From Pseudomonadota bacterium (GTDB lineage Bacteria; Pseudomonadota; Gammaproteobacteria; Burkholderiales; Burkholderiaceae_C): a DNA stretch of 31,090 nucleotides. The position numbers were made by a program, and so were the translations under genes. The stretch covers positions 1 through 31,090 of the forward strand of contig JBEAWD010000191.1 in NCBI GenBank assembly GCA_041160585.1, in the 5' to 3' direction. A model generated the notes under the pieces. The model was not told where the DNA came from, did not search any database, and saw only the letters and a list, made by a program, of their open reading frames with translations. Shown in pieces: positions 15,817 to 25,782 of this stretch; the first letter of the stretch is position 1; every line of letters begins with the position of its first letter.

Positions 15817-18693
15817 ATGAAACTCAAGCCCATCGTCCAGGCTCTCGCAGCACTCAGCCTGATTTCCCCGGTCTTGGCCCAACAGACCAACCCCCAGCAA
15901 CAGAAGGTGGAGGTCACCGGCTCAAGCATCAAGCGCCTGTCCAATGAAGGGTCCCTGCCCCTGCAGGTGATCACGCGTTCGGAAATCGAGCAGCAGGGTC
16001 TGACCAGCGCCGAACAGGTGGTGCTGTGGCTGTCCACGAACGGCAACGGCCTGGACAACCTGGCCTCCAACGCCGACGTGGTGGGCGGTGCGCAGCGCGG
16101 CAACAACGGCGCCACCAGTGCGAACCTGCGTGGCCAGGGCAGCAACGCGACCCTGATCCTGCTCAACGGTCGGCGCGTGGCGTCTCACGGCCTGAACGGC
16201 GGCGTGGTCGACCTCAACCAGATCCCGATGGCGGCCATCCAGCGCATTGAAGTGCTCAAGGACGGCGCCAGTTCCATTTATGGCACGGACGCCATCGGCG
16301 GGGTGATCAACTTCATCCTGCGCAACGACTATCAGGGCGCCGCGGTCCAAGGCTCGGCCGATGTCACCCAAGCCGGCGGCGGCAACGTCTACCGCAGCTC
16401 GATAGTGGCGGGCACGGGCGATCTCAACCGCGACAAGTTCAACATCATGGCCACCCTGGCGGTGCGTGAACACCAGGTGCTCCGCGGCGATCAGCGCGAC
16501 TTCGTCAACACCTTCCAGCCCAACCGGGGCCTCAGCGTAGACACGCGTGGCACACCCCACGCCACCATCTTCCCCTTGGCCGGCACGCTGTTCCCCACGA
16601 ATGCCTCGACGCCGCTGATTCCTGGCAGCACCACGGTACGGGCCTCCGGTGGCCTGAACGTGCTGGACCTGCCGGGCGCCGAAGGTTGCGGTGCGATCGC
16701 CGGGCAAGCGCCCTATGACGCGTTGCTGTGGAACGTACCCACGGCCGCCCTGTCCTGCGCCTGGGACACCGGACGCGCCGCGGTGCTTCAGCAACCGGTG
16801 AGCGACACCAGCCTGGTGACGCGCGGCACCTTCCGCCTGGGTGACCACCAGATTGCTGCCGAGTTCGTCGGCAGCCAGACGGATTCCGCCAAGCGCTTCT
16901 CGCACGTCCAGCTCACGCCGAACACCACCACGCAGCAGTTGCGCTTCCCGCGCAATGCGGCCTCTCAGGCAGCCTATGACGCGGTGTTCAACCGCCTGCT
17001 GGCGGCCTTCCCGGGTCAGATCACGGAAACCCAGCGGGGCCAACCCCTGGCCTACCGTTGGCGCTGCATCGAATGCGGCCCGCGCGAACTGGAGACCGAA
17101 GCCTCCACGCGGCGCTGGGCCATCATGGCCGACGGTCCCCTGGGTGGCGGCTGGGAGTACCGCGCCGGCCTGATCCAGGCCTCCAGCGAAGCCAAGTCCC
17201 GCCTGGGCACCGGCTACTACTACCGTGGCACGACCGCTACCGGCGCCTCTGATGGTGGCGCGGGCATCATCCCGGCCCTCAACAGCGGACGCATCAACCC
17301 CTTCCTGCTGCCCGGCCAAACGCAAAGCGCCGACGGCCTGGCGGCCCTGCAGGAAGCCTCGGCCGAGGGCGTGGTGCTCTACGGCGGACGCTTCTCGATG
17401 CAGCAGATCGACTTCTCGGCCTCGGGCCCCGTGGCCAAGTTGCCCGGTGGCGACATCATGGCGGCCGTTGGCGCGGACATGCGCACCGAGCGCTACCGCT
17501 TCAATGGCGACGAGCGTGACCTGGCCGCGCAACGCGTGATCGTGGCCGCGCCTTTCGACCAATCCAACGTCCTGCTGGGCGCCAAGCGTGAAGTGAAGGC
17601 CCTCTACGGTGAAGTGCTGCTGCCCATCACCAAGAGCTTCGAGGCCACCCTGTCGGTGCGCCGCGACGACTATTCCGGCTTCGGCGCCACCACCAACCCC
17701 AAGGCGTCGGCACGCTGGAAGCCGAGCCAGCAGTGGTTGGGCCGCGGCTCCTACAGCACCGGATTCCGGGTACCCACCTTCAACCAGTTGTACAACGGCG
17801 CAGCCGAATCCATCTTCACCGGCACCACCCTGGTCGACCCCAAGACCTGCCCGGCAGGCCGACCCAACACCACGGATCCAGGCTGCGCGTTCATCGACCG
17901 CGCCGCCAACATCATCAACGGCGGCAAGCCTGACCTGGGCCCTGAAGAGGCCAAGATGAGTTCGCTGGGCATGGTGTGGGAGCCCATGAACAACCTGAGC
18001 ATGAGCCTGGACTGGTGGAGCATCCGCCGCGAGGGCACGATCCAGATCCTGTCCCTCACGCAGCTCATCGACAACTACAACCTCTTCCCCGACCGTTTCA
18101 TCCGTGACGCAGCTGGCAAGCTGATCGCCGTCGATCAGCGCTGGGTCAACGCCGGCGAGACCGAAACCTCGGGCCTGGAGTTCTCGCTGCGCAACGGCTT
18201 CACCGCCATGGATGCCCGCTGGACAGCGGGCCTGGACGGCACCTATCTGCTCAAGAAGCGCTCACGCGTGGTGTCCTCGGCTGCCTGGGGCCCGAGCGAA
18301 GTGGGCCAGTTCACCTTCGCCGGTGACCTCGGATTGAGCTGGAAACACAATGCCTTCATCAGCCGGTCGAAGGGCTCGTGGATCACCACGCTGTCACAGG
18401 TGTTCCGCAGCGGCTACAACAACCAGGTGCTGCCCGGTGTGGCTGCTGGCGCGGTCACGCCGCCCGACCTCAAGACCAAGGTGGATCCCTACACCACCTA
18501 CAACCTGGCCATGACCTACACCGGCATCAAGAACCTGCGCTTGACCGGCATGGTGCGCAACCTGTTCGACCGCGATCCGCCGTTTGCCATCACCTACGAC
18601 AGCAACTTCGGTTCGGGCAGTTCCTGGGAACCCCGCGTGGCTGACCCGCGTGGTCGCGCCTTCATGCTGAGCCTGGACTACCGGTTCCGCTGA
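15817..18693 (+). CDS. TonB-dependent outer-membrane receptor
   Basis: Signal peptide, VEVTGSSIKR TonB-box region, plug motifs (ANLRGQG, TLILLNGRR, IQRIEVLKDGASSIYGTDAIGGVINFI), barrel motifs (GFRVPT, NLFDRDPP, LDYRF). AGGAG RBS. Confidence 0.95.
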   Translation: MKLKPIVQALAALSLISPVLAQQTNPQQQKVEVTGSSIKRLSNEGSLPLQVITRSEIEQQGLTSAEQVVLWLSTNGNGLDNLASNADVVGGAQRGNNGATSANLRGQGSNATLILLNGRRVASHGLNGGVVDLNQIPMAAIQRIEVLKDGASSIYGTDAIGGVINFILRNDYQGAAVQGSADVTQAGGGNVYRSSIVAGTGDLNRDKFNIMATLAVREHQVLRGDQRDFVNTFQPNRGLSVDTRGTPHATIFPLAGTLFPTNASTPLIPGSTTVRASGGLNVLDLPGAEGCGAIAGQAPYDALLWNVPTAALSCAWDTGRAAVLQQPVSDTSLVTRGTFRLGDHQIAAEFVGSQTDSAKRFSHVQLTPNTTTQQLRFPRNAASQAAYDAVFNRLLAAFPGQITETQRGQPLAYRWRCIECGPRELETEASTRRWAIMADGPLGGGWEYRAGLIQASSEAKSRLGTGYYYRGTTATGASDGGAGIIPALNSGRINPFLLPGQTQSADGLAALQEASAEGVVLYGGRFSMQQIDFSASGPVAKLPGGDIMAAVGADMRTERYRFNGDERDLAAQRVIVAAPFDQSNVLLGAKREVKALYGEVLLPITKSFEATLSVRRDDYSGFGATTNPKASARWKPSQQWLGRGSYSTGFRVPTFNQLYNGAAESIFTGTTLVDPKTCPAGRPNTTDPGCAFIDRAANIINGGKPDLGPEEAKMSSLGMVWEPMNNLSMSLDWWSIRREGTIQILSLTQLIDNYNLFPDRFIRDAAGKLIAVDQRWVNAGETETSGLEFSLRNGFTAMDARWTAGLDGTYLLKKRSRVVSSAAWGPSEVGQFTFAGDLGLSWKHNAFISRSKGSWITTLSQVFRSGYNNQVLPGVAAGAVTPPDLKTKVDPYTTYNLAMTYTGIKNLRLTGMVRNLFDRDPPFAITYDSNFGSGSSWEPRVADPRGRAFMLSLDYRFR

Positions 18694-18700
18694 TACTGCG

Positions 18701-19687
18701 GTGAGGCTGCGGCACCTCGAGGTCTTCCATGCCGTGATGCGCGCAGGCACCGTCAGCGGTGCCGCGCGCCTTCTGCACATTTCCCAACCTGCGGTCACCA
18801 AGGTGCTGCAGCATGCCGAGGCCCAATTGGGCCTCGCGCTGTTTGAACGGGTGCGCGGCAAGTTCTATCCGACGCCAGAGGCGCAGCGCCTGTTCACCGA
18901 AGTCGACCGTCTGCATGCGGAACTCGTGTCGATCCGCCGCCTGGCAGCCAATTTGAAGGCCGGTCCCCAGCAACGCGTGCGACTGTCGGCCACGCCCGCC
19001 TTGGGCGCGACCGTGGTCCCCACTGCAGTGGCACGGTGGGCCCAGCTGTTTGCCGACGGCCACTGCGAACTCGCCACCCACCACACGCGAGAGCTGGTAC
19101 AGGCACTGGTGCTGTCCGAGCTTGATCTCGGCTTCGCCCTGCACGATCCCCATCACCCCGGTGTCTATGCCGAGGTGTTGACCCAGGCGCCGATGATGGC
19201 GCTGGTCCCCGCGCGCGGAGCGGCCCTGCGCGCGCGTTCTGCGCTGAGCCTGGATGCACTGCCCGCGGCCGTGATCGGCTTGGCCCCCTCCGACCCGCTG
19301 GGCATGCGCATCACGGCCGAGTACGAGGCACGAGGTCTGACCCTGCATCCGATGGTCTCGGTGCAAACCTATCAACTGGCTCGGCAATTGGCCGAGGCCG
19401 GCGCCGGCGCGGCCATCGTGGACCCCTTCACGGCCGCCAGTGCCGACCGTGACCGGGTGGCCGTGCGGCCCCTGGAGCCAACCATCCTGGTGCCCCTGGT
19501 GCTGCTCACGCCGGTGTCGGCCCCGCTGTCGCAAGCCGCGCGGCGCCTGGTTCAGGAGGTTCGCGAATCGGCCAGCGCCTGCCTGGCCCGCGCCGGTGTC
19601 CAAGAGTACGAGCCCTCGACACAGCCTCCGATGTCGGGGGCTCTGCCGGTGAAGGCGGCCACGCGTCGGCGGGCTCGCAGCAAGTGA
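18701..19687 (+). CDS. LysR-family transcriptional regulator
   Basis: MRLRHLEVFHAVMRAGTVSGAARLLHISQPAVTK HTH followed by a substrate-binding domain. GTG start 7 nt after the receptor stop. Confidence 0.93.
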   Translation: MRLRHLEVFHAVMRAGTVSGAARLLHISQPAVTKVLQHAEAQLGLALFERVRGKFYPTPEAQRLFTEVDRLHAELVSIRRLAANLKAGPQQRVRLSATPALGATVVPTAVARWAQLFADGHCELATHHTRELVQALVLSELDLGFALHDPHHPGVYAEVLTQAPMMALVPARGAALRARSALSLDALPAAVIGLAPSDPLGMRITAEYEARGLTLHPMVSVQTYQLARQLAEAGAGAAIVDPFTAASADRDRVAVRPLEPTILVPLVLLTPVSAPLSQAARRLVQEVRESASACLARAGVQEYEPSTQPPMSGALPVKAATRRRARSK

Positions 19688-20310
19688 GTGCGGCCATGCA
19701 CCCCGCAGCGATTTCCTGCGAGTCGGTCGCCGATCACCCCGACTTCGTCCACCTGTCGACGCTGACGGAAATCGCGGTGAACATCCGCTATGCCGGCACA
19801 AACAACTTCAGCGGGCGTTGCCTGTACCCGAATCTGGACTGCGCCTGGCTGCGAAGACCGGCGGCCATGGGCTTGCAACGCGCGGCTCGATGGCTTGATG
19901 CCCATCGGCCAGGCTACCGGCTGCTGGTGCTGGACGCACTGCGTCCTCAGCGTGTGCAGGAGGCCATCTGGCGCCAGATTCAACATACGCCCATGGCCGC
20001 CTATTTCGCCGACCCGGTGCGCGGCTCGATCCACTCCTTCGGCATGGCGGTGGACGTGACCTTGCTCGATCCGCAGGGACGCGAGTGCGACATGGGCAGC
20101 GGCTTTGACGAGATGAGCGAGTTGTCGCATCCGGCCTTGGAATCGCAACACCTGGCCATGGGCCGCCTGAGTGCGGATCATCTGCGCGAGCGGGGTTGGC
20201 TGTATGCGGCGATGGCAGCCGGCGGATTTCAGGGGATCACCACCGAGTGGTGGCACTTCGATCAAGGTGACCGTGAACAGGTGCGAAGGGAATTGCAGCG
20301 TGTGGCGTGA
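19684..20310 (+). CDS. ddpX: D-alanyl-D-alanine dipeptidase (M15D, VanX/DdpX family)
   Basis: DALRP, SIHSFGMAVDVTL (SxHxxGxAxD), DMGSGFDE, EWWHF. No signal peptide. Confidence 0.9.
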   Translation: MSAAMHPAAISCESVADHPDFVHLSTLTEIAVNIRYAGTNNFSGRCLYPNLDCAWLRRPAAMGLQRAARWLDAHRPGYRLLVLDALRPQRVQEAIWRQIQHTPMAAYFADPVRGSIHSFGMAVDVTLLDPQGRECDMGSGFDEMSELSHPALESQHLAMGRLSADHLRERGWLYAAMAAGGFQGITTEWWHFDQGDREQVRRELQRVA

Positions 20311-21427
20311 ATCGATTCAATCTCCCCATCGGCGTCGGATGCTGACGGCAGCAGCAGGCGTGATGGTCGGTGCGGCCACCGTGATCAGCTCGCGGGCATG
20401 GGCGCAGGCGCCGATCGTCGGTGCCGCTGCGGGCGGCGGATCCAATACCGCACCGCTGCGGGCACTTCAGCCGCCGCGCCCGCTGATCAAGCCGCCTCGG
20501 CTTCAGCCTGGCCAGACCATCGGCCTGGTGGCCCCATCCGGCGCCGTACCCGAGCGCCTACCCCTGGAGATCGCCCATGACACGCTGACCGCCTTGGGCT
20601 TCAAGGTCAAGGAAAGCCCGCAACTGCGTGCGCGCCGTGGTCACTTCGCCGGTACCGATGAGCAGAGGGCCGCAGGCCTGAACGCGATGTTTGCCGATCC
20701 GGACGTGCAGGGCGTACTGGCCATCACCGGTGGCTCGGGTGCCAATCGGATCCTGCCTCTGTTGGACTACGCGCAGTTGCGCCGCACGCCAAAGTTTGTC
20801 GGCGGTTTTTCCGACATCACGGCCTTGCTGCATGCCGTGCACAGCCAAACCGGCTTGGTCACCTACCACTGCCCGGCCGGGGTGTCGGAGTGGAATGAAT
20901 TCAGCTGGCGCCACTTCAGGGGTGTGGCGATGGAGGGCACGCCCGTGCTGATGCGAAACGAGGCCGACAAGGGTTCGCTGCCCGCCCCGCGCGAGGACCG
21001 TACCCAGACGATCAGGCCAGGCCTGGCGCGCGGCCCTCTGTTGGGCGGGAACTTGGCGGTGTTGTCCTCGCTGTGCGGCTCGCCCTACCTTCGCTCCTTC
21101 GACGGCGCGATCCTCTTCCTTGAGGAAATCAACGAGTACATCTACCGGGTGGACCGCATGCTGTCCACACTGAAGTTGTCCGGTGTGCTGGACCGTGTGG
21201 CCGGCGTGATGATCGGCGCCTTCACCAACTGCAAGCCCGGCGAGGGGTTCTGGACCTTGACGCTCGACGAGGTGTTCGAGGATTACTTCGGTGGCTTGGG
21301 CGTGCCGGTGTACCGCGGCGCCTCGTTCGGCCACATCAAGCGCAAGTTCACCTTGCCCTTGGGCGTGCAGGCCGAGATCGACGCCAACGCCGGCACCGTG
21401 CGGCTGCTGGAGTCCGCTGTGGCCTGA
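20300..21427 (+). CDS. ldcA: LD-carboxypeptidase (S66) with a twin-arginine-like signal
   Basis: IGLVAPSG, GFSDIT (Ser), LFLEEINE (Glu), FGH (His). N-terminus HRRRMLTAAAGVMVGAA...AWAQ. Start placed at GTG 20300 after GAAGGGA. Confidence 0.88.
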   Translation: MWRESIQSPHRRRMLTAAAGVMVGAATVISSRAWAQAPIVGAAAGGGSNTAPLRALQPPRPLIKPPRLQPGQTIGLVAPSGAVPERLPLEIAHDTLTALGFKVKESPQLRARRGHFAGTDEQRAAGLNAMFADPDVQGVLAITGGSGANRILPLLDYAQLRRTPKFVGGFSDITALLHAVHSQTGLVTYHCPAGVSEWNEFSWRHFRGVAMEGTPVLMRNEADKGSLPAPREDRTQTIRPGLARGPLLGGNLAVLSSLCGSPYLRSFDGAILFLEEINEYIYRVDRMLSTLKLSGVLDRVAGVMIGAFTNCKPGEGFWTLTLDEVFEDYFGGLGVPVYRGASFGHIKRKFTLPLGVQAEIDANAGTVRLLESAVA

Positions 21428-21464
21428 GCCTGCAGGCGTGTTGGCGGCAGGGCGCGTAGTGGCG

Positions 21465-23144
21465 CTAACGCGCGGCTGCAGCCGCGCCGCCCGCAGCCAC
21501 CCAATCGGCCACCGCATCCAACACCGGTCGACCGCGGCGGGGTGCTTCGTCGTGGTTGACCATGGCCGCCATCACCCACCGGCGCCCCTGTGCATCCTCC
21601 ACATAGCCGGCCAGGGCCACCACATTGCGCAGTGTGCCGGGCTTCAGGCGCGCACGGCCGCGCGCGGGCGTGTCGGTCATGCGACTGCGCAGTGAGCCAT
21701 CCACGCCGGCCACCGGCAGGCTCATCATCAGCTCGCTGGAAAACAGCTGGCCGTGAGCAGCCTGCAGCACCATCGCCAATTGGCGCGGGGTGATGCGCTC
21801 GCTGCGCGACAAGCCCGAGCCGTTGTCCATCACCAAACCCTCCAAGGGTATGCCGTGCTGCGTGAACCAACGCCGCACTGACGCATCGGCCCAGTCTCGT
21901 GTGCTGCGATCGGGCGCCGCGGCCGCGCCAGCTGTACCTTGCGCGCGCTTTTGTTCTTCAAGCCCCGTGAGCAGATACAGCACGCGCGTGGCCACGTTGT
22001 CCGAGGTCTTGTTCAAGGGCCGCAGCCACTCGCCCCAAGGGCGTGCCTCACGACGGGCGATCAGGCGCGTGGCCTGGCCCGCGGGCGGCTGGGCGTTGGC
22101 CGCAGCCTCCGGCACCCCATTGAGCGCGGTGCTGGTGTAGGCGAATTCGCCCGGGGCCGCCTCCCTCACTCGCCCGTTCCATTGACCACCCAACTCGTTC
22201 CACACCCAACGCAGTTGCGCCTGTGCCTGCAGGTTGCGCTCCATGAGCTGCAGGGCCGGACGCTGTGTGCAGTCGGTGGGGTATCGACCCTGCAGGCGCA
22301 CGACGACCGTGCCCTCACGGTCTTGCTCAAAGGTCGGCGTGATCCATCCGGCGGTGCTCCAATCCCGACAGGCCACCGAACCCGGGGCGTGCAGGGTCAG
22401 CCGGTTGTCCACACGCACGCCGGGCAGCTCAGGCCGCAGCTTGGCAACCACCTGCTGGCGGTCGGACACCAGCTCCAGCCCGTGCAGGTTGCCGCTGAGT
22501 TGGAGCGCGTCCGGGATCACGTTGTAGGGAAACTCGGGGGACTCATCGAATGGCGGCACACCAAGGTCCAGACGCGCCGGTTGGAACAGATGGCGGTCCA
22601 ACACGATGTTGCCGTCAATGTGCCGCACGCCGGCTTCTCTCAGTTCCAGCATCAAGGCCCACAACTGCGGAAGGCCCAGTTCCAGATCGGCACCGCCGCG
22701 CAGCAGCAGATCGCCCTTGAGCCGTCCCCCTTCGATGGGTGCGGCGGTTCGCAACTCGGTGTAGCCGCGCAGGTTCGGGCCCACGCGGTCCAGCGCCACC
22801 GCACTCGTGACCACTTTCATGGCTGAGGCGGGCTGCATGGACCGATCGGCCTGGTGCAGCCAGCCCGATGAAGGGGCTGAGCCCAGCGCCACACCACCGC
22901 CTACGGCCTGGCCGGAATGCCCCAAGGGCAAGACCGCCACAGCCAGGGTCGATGGGTCGAGGCCGGCCTTGTCCAGGGCTGCCCTCACCGACGCTGGAAA
23001 GGCGGGCGGCGTTGGCCCCTGGTGGGCACACCCCGCCAGGGCCAGCAGGCACGCAAAGCCCCAAACGGCCCGTGACTTGGGCCATCGGCGCTGGGTCGGG
23101 TGGCCTGCGCTGAGGCCGCTGCGGATCGAATCGATGGATTGCAT
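21465..23144 (-). CDS. dacB: D-Ala-D-Ala carboxypeptidase/endopeptidase PBP4 (S13), lipoprotein; third motif reads KPG
   Basis: Lipobox LAGC, PASAMK (SxxK), SDN, DNGSGLSR, LPVAGVDG, KPGT. ATG 23144 is preceded by TATGAT-N6. Confidence 0.88.
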   Translation of the reverse strand: MQSIDSIRSGLSAGHPTQRRWPKSRAVWGFACLLALAGCAHQGPTPPAFPASVRAALDKAGLDPSTLAVAVLPLGHSGQAVGGGVALGSAPSSGWLHQADRSMQPASAMKVVTSAVALDRVGPNLRGYTELRTAAPIEGGRLKGDLLLRGGADLELGLPQLWALMLELREAGVRHIDGNIVLDRHLFQPARLDLGVPPFDESPEFPYNVIPDALQLSGNLHGLELVSDRQQVVAKLRPELPGVRVDNRLTLHAPGSVACRDWSTAGWITPTFEQDREGTVVVRLQGRYPTDCTQRPALQLMERNLQAQAQLRWVWNELGGQWNGRVREAAPGEFAYTSTALNGVPEAAANAQPPAGQATRLIARREARPWGEWLRPLNKTSDNVATRVLYLLTGLEEQKRAQGTAGAAAAPDRSTRDWADASVRRWFTQHGIPLEGLVMDNGSGLSRSERITPRQLAMVLQAAHGQLFSSELMMSLPVAGVDGSLRSRMTDTPARGRARLKPGTLRNVVALAGYVEDAQGRRWVMAAMVNHDEAPRRGRPVLDAVADWVAAGGAAAAAR

Positions 23145-23283
23145 GCGCCCATCATAAGTAGACGTTGCCGATACACGGGCCATGCCTTGCGGTAATGGAT
23201 GGCATTGAAGTTGGCATCCAGCCCGAACGCATCAGGGCTGCAGCGGGTGTGTGGGCGCCCGGGGCCGGCGCACAATAGCGCGC

Positions 23284-24141
23284 ATGCAACCTCTCTTGCG
23301 CCTTGGTGCCCTGCGTCGGCCCTTTGCAGCCGGTTGGGCCGCGCTCGCCTTGGCCTTGGCCTCGGTTCTGGGCTTGGCCGGTTGCGCCGGCCCCCGCATT
23401 GATGCCCACACCTACCAGGCCGTCAGCCATGACAGCCGCGCCCAGTTCCTCATACTGCACTACACGGCCTTGGACCTGGAGCAGTCCATCCGCGTCCTCA
23501 CACAGCAACGGGTGTCCTCACACTATCTGGTGACGGACGAGGCCACACCGCGCATCTATCGGCTGGTCGACGAAGACCGACGCGCCTGGCATGCCGGGGT
23601 CAGCGCTTGGGACGGTCACGCCATGCTCAATGGCAATTCGATCGGCATCGAAATCGTCAACCTGGGCAACCGGGCAGGAACCGATGGCCGCCCGACTGAA
23701 TTCCAGCCCTATCCGCCCGCGCAGGTTGAGCTTGTGGTGGAACTGGTGCGCGACATCGTCAAGCGCCATCAGATACGACCCGACCGCGTGCTGGGGCACA
23801 GCGACATCGCACCCCAGCGCAAGATCGACCCCGGCCCGCTGTTTCCCTGGAAAAGGTTGGCCGAAGAGGGCCTGGTGCGGTGGCCCAAGGATGAAGCGGT
23901 CCAGGAGGCGCTGGCGCTCTATGGCGCGTCCGTGCCACCGGTTCCCTGGTTCCAACAGGCCTTGGCCAAGCATGGCTTCGTCGTGGCCCAACACGGCGAA
24001 CTCGACGAGCCCACCCGGCGCGTTGTCGCGGCATTTCAGATGAAGTACCGGCCCTCGAAGTACGACGGCCAACCCGACGCCGAGACAGCGGCCCTCCTCA
24101 CCGCCCTGACCGGCCTACGCCACGTGGCCAAGGCACCATGA
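23284..24141 (+). CDS. amiD: N-acetylmuramoyl-L-alanine amidase (Amidase_2, AmiD-like lipoprotein) with C-terminal PG-binding domain
   Basis: Lipobox LAGC, LHYT, VSSHYL, RAWHAGVS, SIGIEIVN, GHSDIAPQRKIDPG, AFQMKYRP. Confidence 0.9.
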   Translation: MQPLLRLGALRRPFAAGWAALALALASVLGLAGCAGPRIDAHTYQAVSHDSRAQFLILHYTALDLEQSIRVLTQQRVSSHYLVTDEATPRIYRLVDEDRRAWHAGVSAWDGHAMLNGNSIGIEIVNLGNRAGTDGRPTEFQPYPPAQVELVVELVRDIVKRHQIRPDRVLGHSDIAPQRKIDPGPLFPWKRLAEEGLVRWPKDEAVQEALALYGASVPPVPWFQQALAKHGFVVAQHGELDEPTRRVVAAFQMKYRPSKYDGQPDAETAALLTALTGLRHVAKAP

Positions 24142-25757
24142 GCCTTTCGCGGCGGCTTTGGCTTGAGCAGTCGGCGTGCGGCGCAGGGATCGCCGCAGCA
24201 ACCCTGCTGGGCACCGGTTGCAGCGCCTGGACGGATGCGTCCACGCAAACCTCAGGGACTCCGTCGGGCAGCCAGCGCTTGCCAAGCGTCGATCTGGAGG
24301 CATCGGCCTTGCCCGCAGCGCCACTTCGCGAGTGGCGCGCCGCCTGGGTGGCCAGCGTGGCGCACATCGACTGGCCCAAGCAAGCCGGCCTGTCGGCCAC
24401 CGAGCTGCGCGGGCAGATCCTGCAGATCGTGCAGCGCACACAGGCCATCGGCCTGAACGCGCTGATCCTGCAGGTGCGCCCTGCAGCCGATGCGCTGTAT
24501 CGCTCCGAGCTGGAGCCTCCCAGCGAGTACTTGAGTGCCGGCGGACAACCCGAGCTCGGCTTCGACGCCCTGCAAGAGTGGATCACCGTTTCCCATGCAC
24601 ACGGACTGGAGCTGCATGCGTGGTTCAACCCCTACCGCGCGCGGCACCCCTCGGCGCGCCAGCCCATCCATGAGAATCACGTGGCCCGTCGGCGTCCAGA
24701 GTGGGTTCACCGCTACGGTGACTTCCTGTGGCTGGACCCCGGTCACCCCGAGGCCCAGGCGCACAGCCTGAACGTCATCAGCGATGTCGTGCGCCGCTAC
24801 GACCTCGATGGGGTGCATGTCGACGACTACTTCTATCCCTATCCCATCAAGGGCAGCGACGGCCGCGACATCCCCTTCCCCGATCAGGAGAGCTTCAAAC
24901 GCTACCGCCGAGCGGGGCTTTCGGACAACGATGCCGACCGGGCCAAGTGGCGCCGCGAAAACGTGGATCGCTTCGTCGAGCAGATGTACAAACGCACCCA
25001 CGCGCTCAAGCCATGGGTGCAGGTGACCATCAGCCCATTCGGTATCGGTCGACCCGATCGAAGGCCCAGCGGCATCGCCGGCTTCAGCCAATACGACCAC
25101 TTGCATGCCGATGTCGAACACTGGTGCGAACAGGGATGGCTCGATGCGCTGGTGCCGCAGCTGTACTGGCCTCGCAACCGTCCAGCACAATCCTTCGAAA
25201 AGCTGTTGGACTACTGGCTGTCGGCCAATCCGCAGGGGCGCCATGTATGGCCCGGCCTTTACACGAGCTCGGTTGCCAACGGCACGCCGACAGCGTGGGC
25301 GCCTGAGGAGGTTCTGTGGCAGATCGACCGGCAGCGCGAACGCCGGGCCTCGACCGGACATGCCCATTTCAGCCTGCAGGCCCTGATGCAAGACCGCGGC
25401 GGCCTGGCCACCGAGCTGCCGCGATCCCGCTATGCCTCTGCTGCCCTGCCCCCGGCCACGCCGTGGTGGGGTACGGGCACACCACCATCGGCGCCACAGG
25501 CGTACCGGCAGCCCGATGGCCGAATCGCCTTGTCCAGCCCCGCTGCCGTGCCGTCGGGCCCATCCACGGCGCAGGACGCGCGCCGCTTCCTCGTGTGGCG
25601 CCGGCCTGCGGGCAACGGATCAAGCAGCTGGACGCTGCGCGTGGTGCAGGCTCAACACACACTCGACGCCGGCAAGTCCGACGAGCTCATCGTGGTGCAG
25701 GCGATCGACGCCGTGGGTCGAGAAGGGCCGCGCCGGGCCTTCATCGCGAGGGCTTGA
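24138..25757 (+). CDS. GHL10 family glycoside hydrolase (YddW/DigH-like), Tat lipoprotein
   Basis: SRRLWL plus LGTGC; EWRAAWVASVAHIDWP, LQVRPAADALY, LHAWFNPYR, WLDPG, YDLDGVHVDDYFYPY, PQLYW. ATGA overlap with amiD. Confidence 0.88.
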   Translation: MSLSRRLWLEQSACGAGIAAATLLGTGCSAWTDASTQTSGTPSGSQRLPSVDLEASALPAAPLREWRAAWVASVAHIDWPKQAGLSATELRGQILQIVQRTQAIGLNALILQVRPAADALYRSELEPPSEYLSAGGQPELGFDALQEWITVSHAHGLELHAWFNPYRARHPSARQPIHENHVARRRPEWVHRYGDFLWLDPGHPEAQAHSLNVISDVVRRYDLDGVHVDDYFYPYPIKGSDGRDIPFPDQESFKRYRRAGLSDNDADRAKWRRENVDRFVEQMYKRTHALKPWVQVTISPFGIGRPDRRPSGIAGFSQYDHLHADVEHWCEQGWLDALVPQLYWPRNRPAQSFEKLLDYWLSANPQGRHVWPGLYTSSVANGTPTAWAPEEVLWQIDRQRERRASTGHAHFSLQALMQDRGGLATELPRSRYASAALPPATPWWGTGTPPSAPQAYRQPDGRIALSSPAAVPSGPSTAQDARRFLVWRRPAGNGSSSWTLRVVQAQHTLDAGKSDELIVVQAIDAVGREGPRRAFIARA

Positions 25758-25782
25758 CGCTGCGCCTGCGGCACGCGGTCAC

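Noticed and set aside
19684-20310. vanX as a vancomycin-resistance marker
   Set aside because: No vanH/vanA/vanRS nearby; DdpX-type housekeeping or catabolic role fits better.
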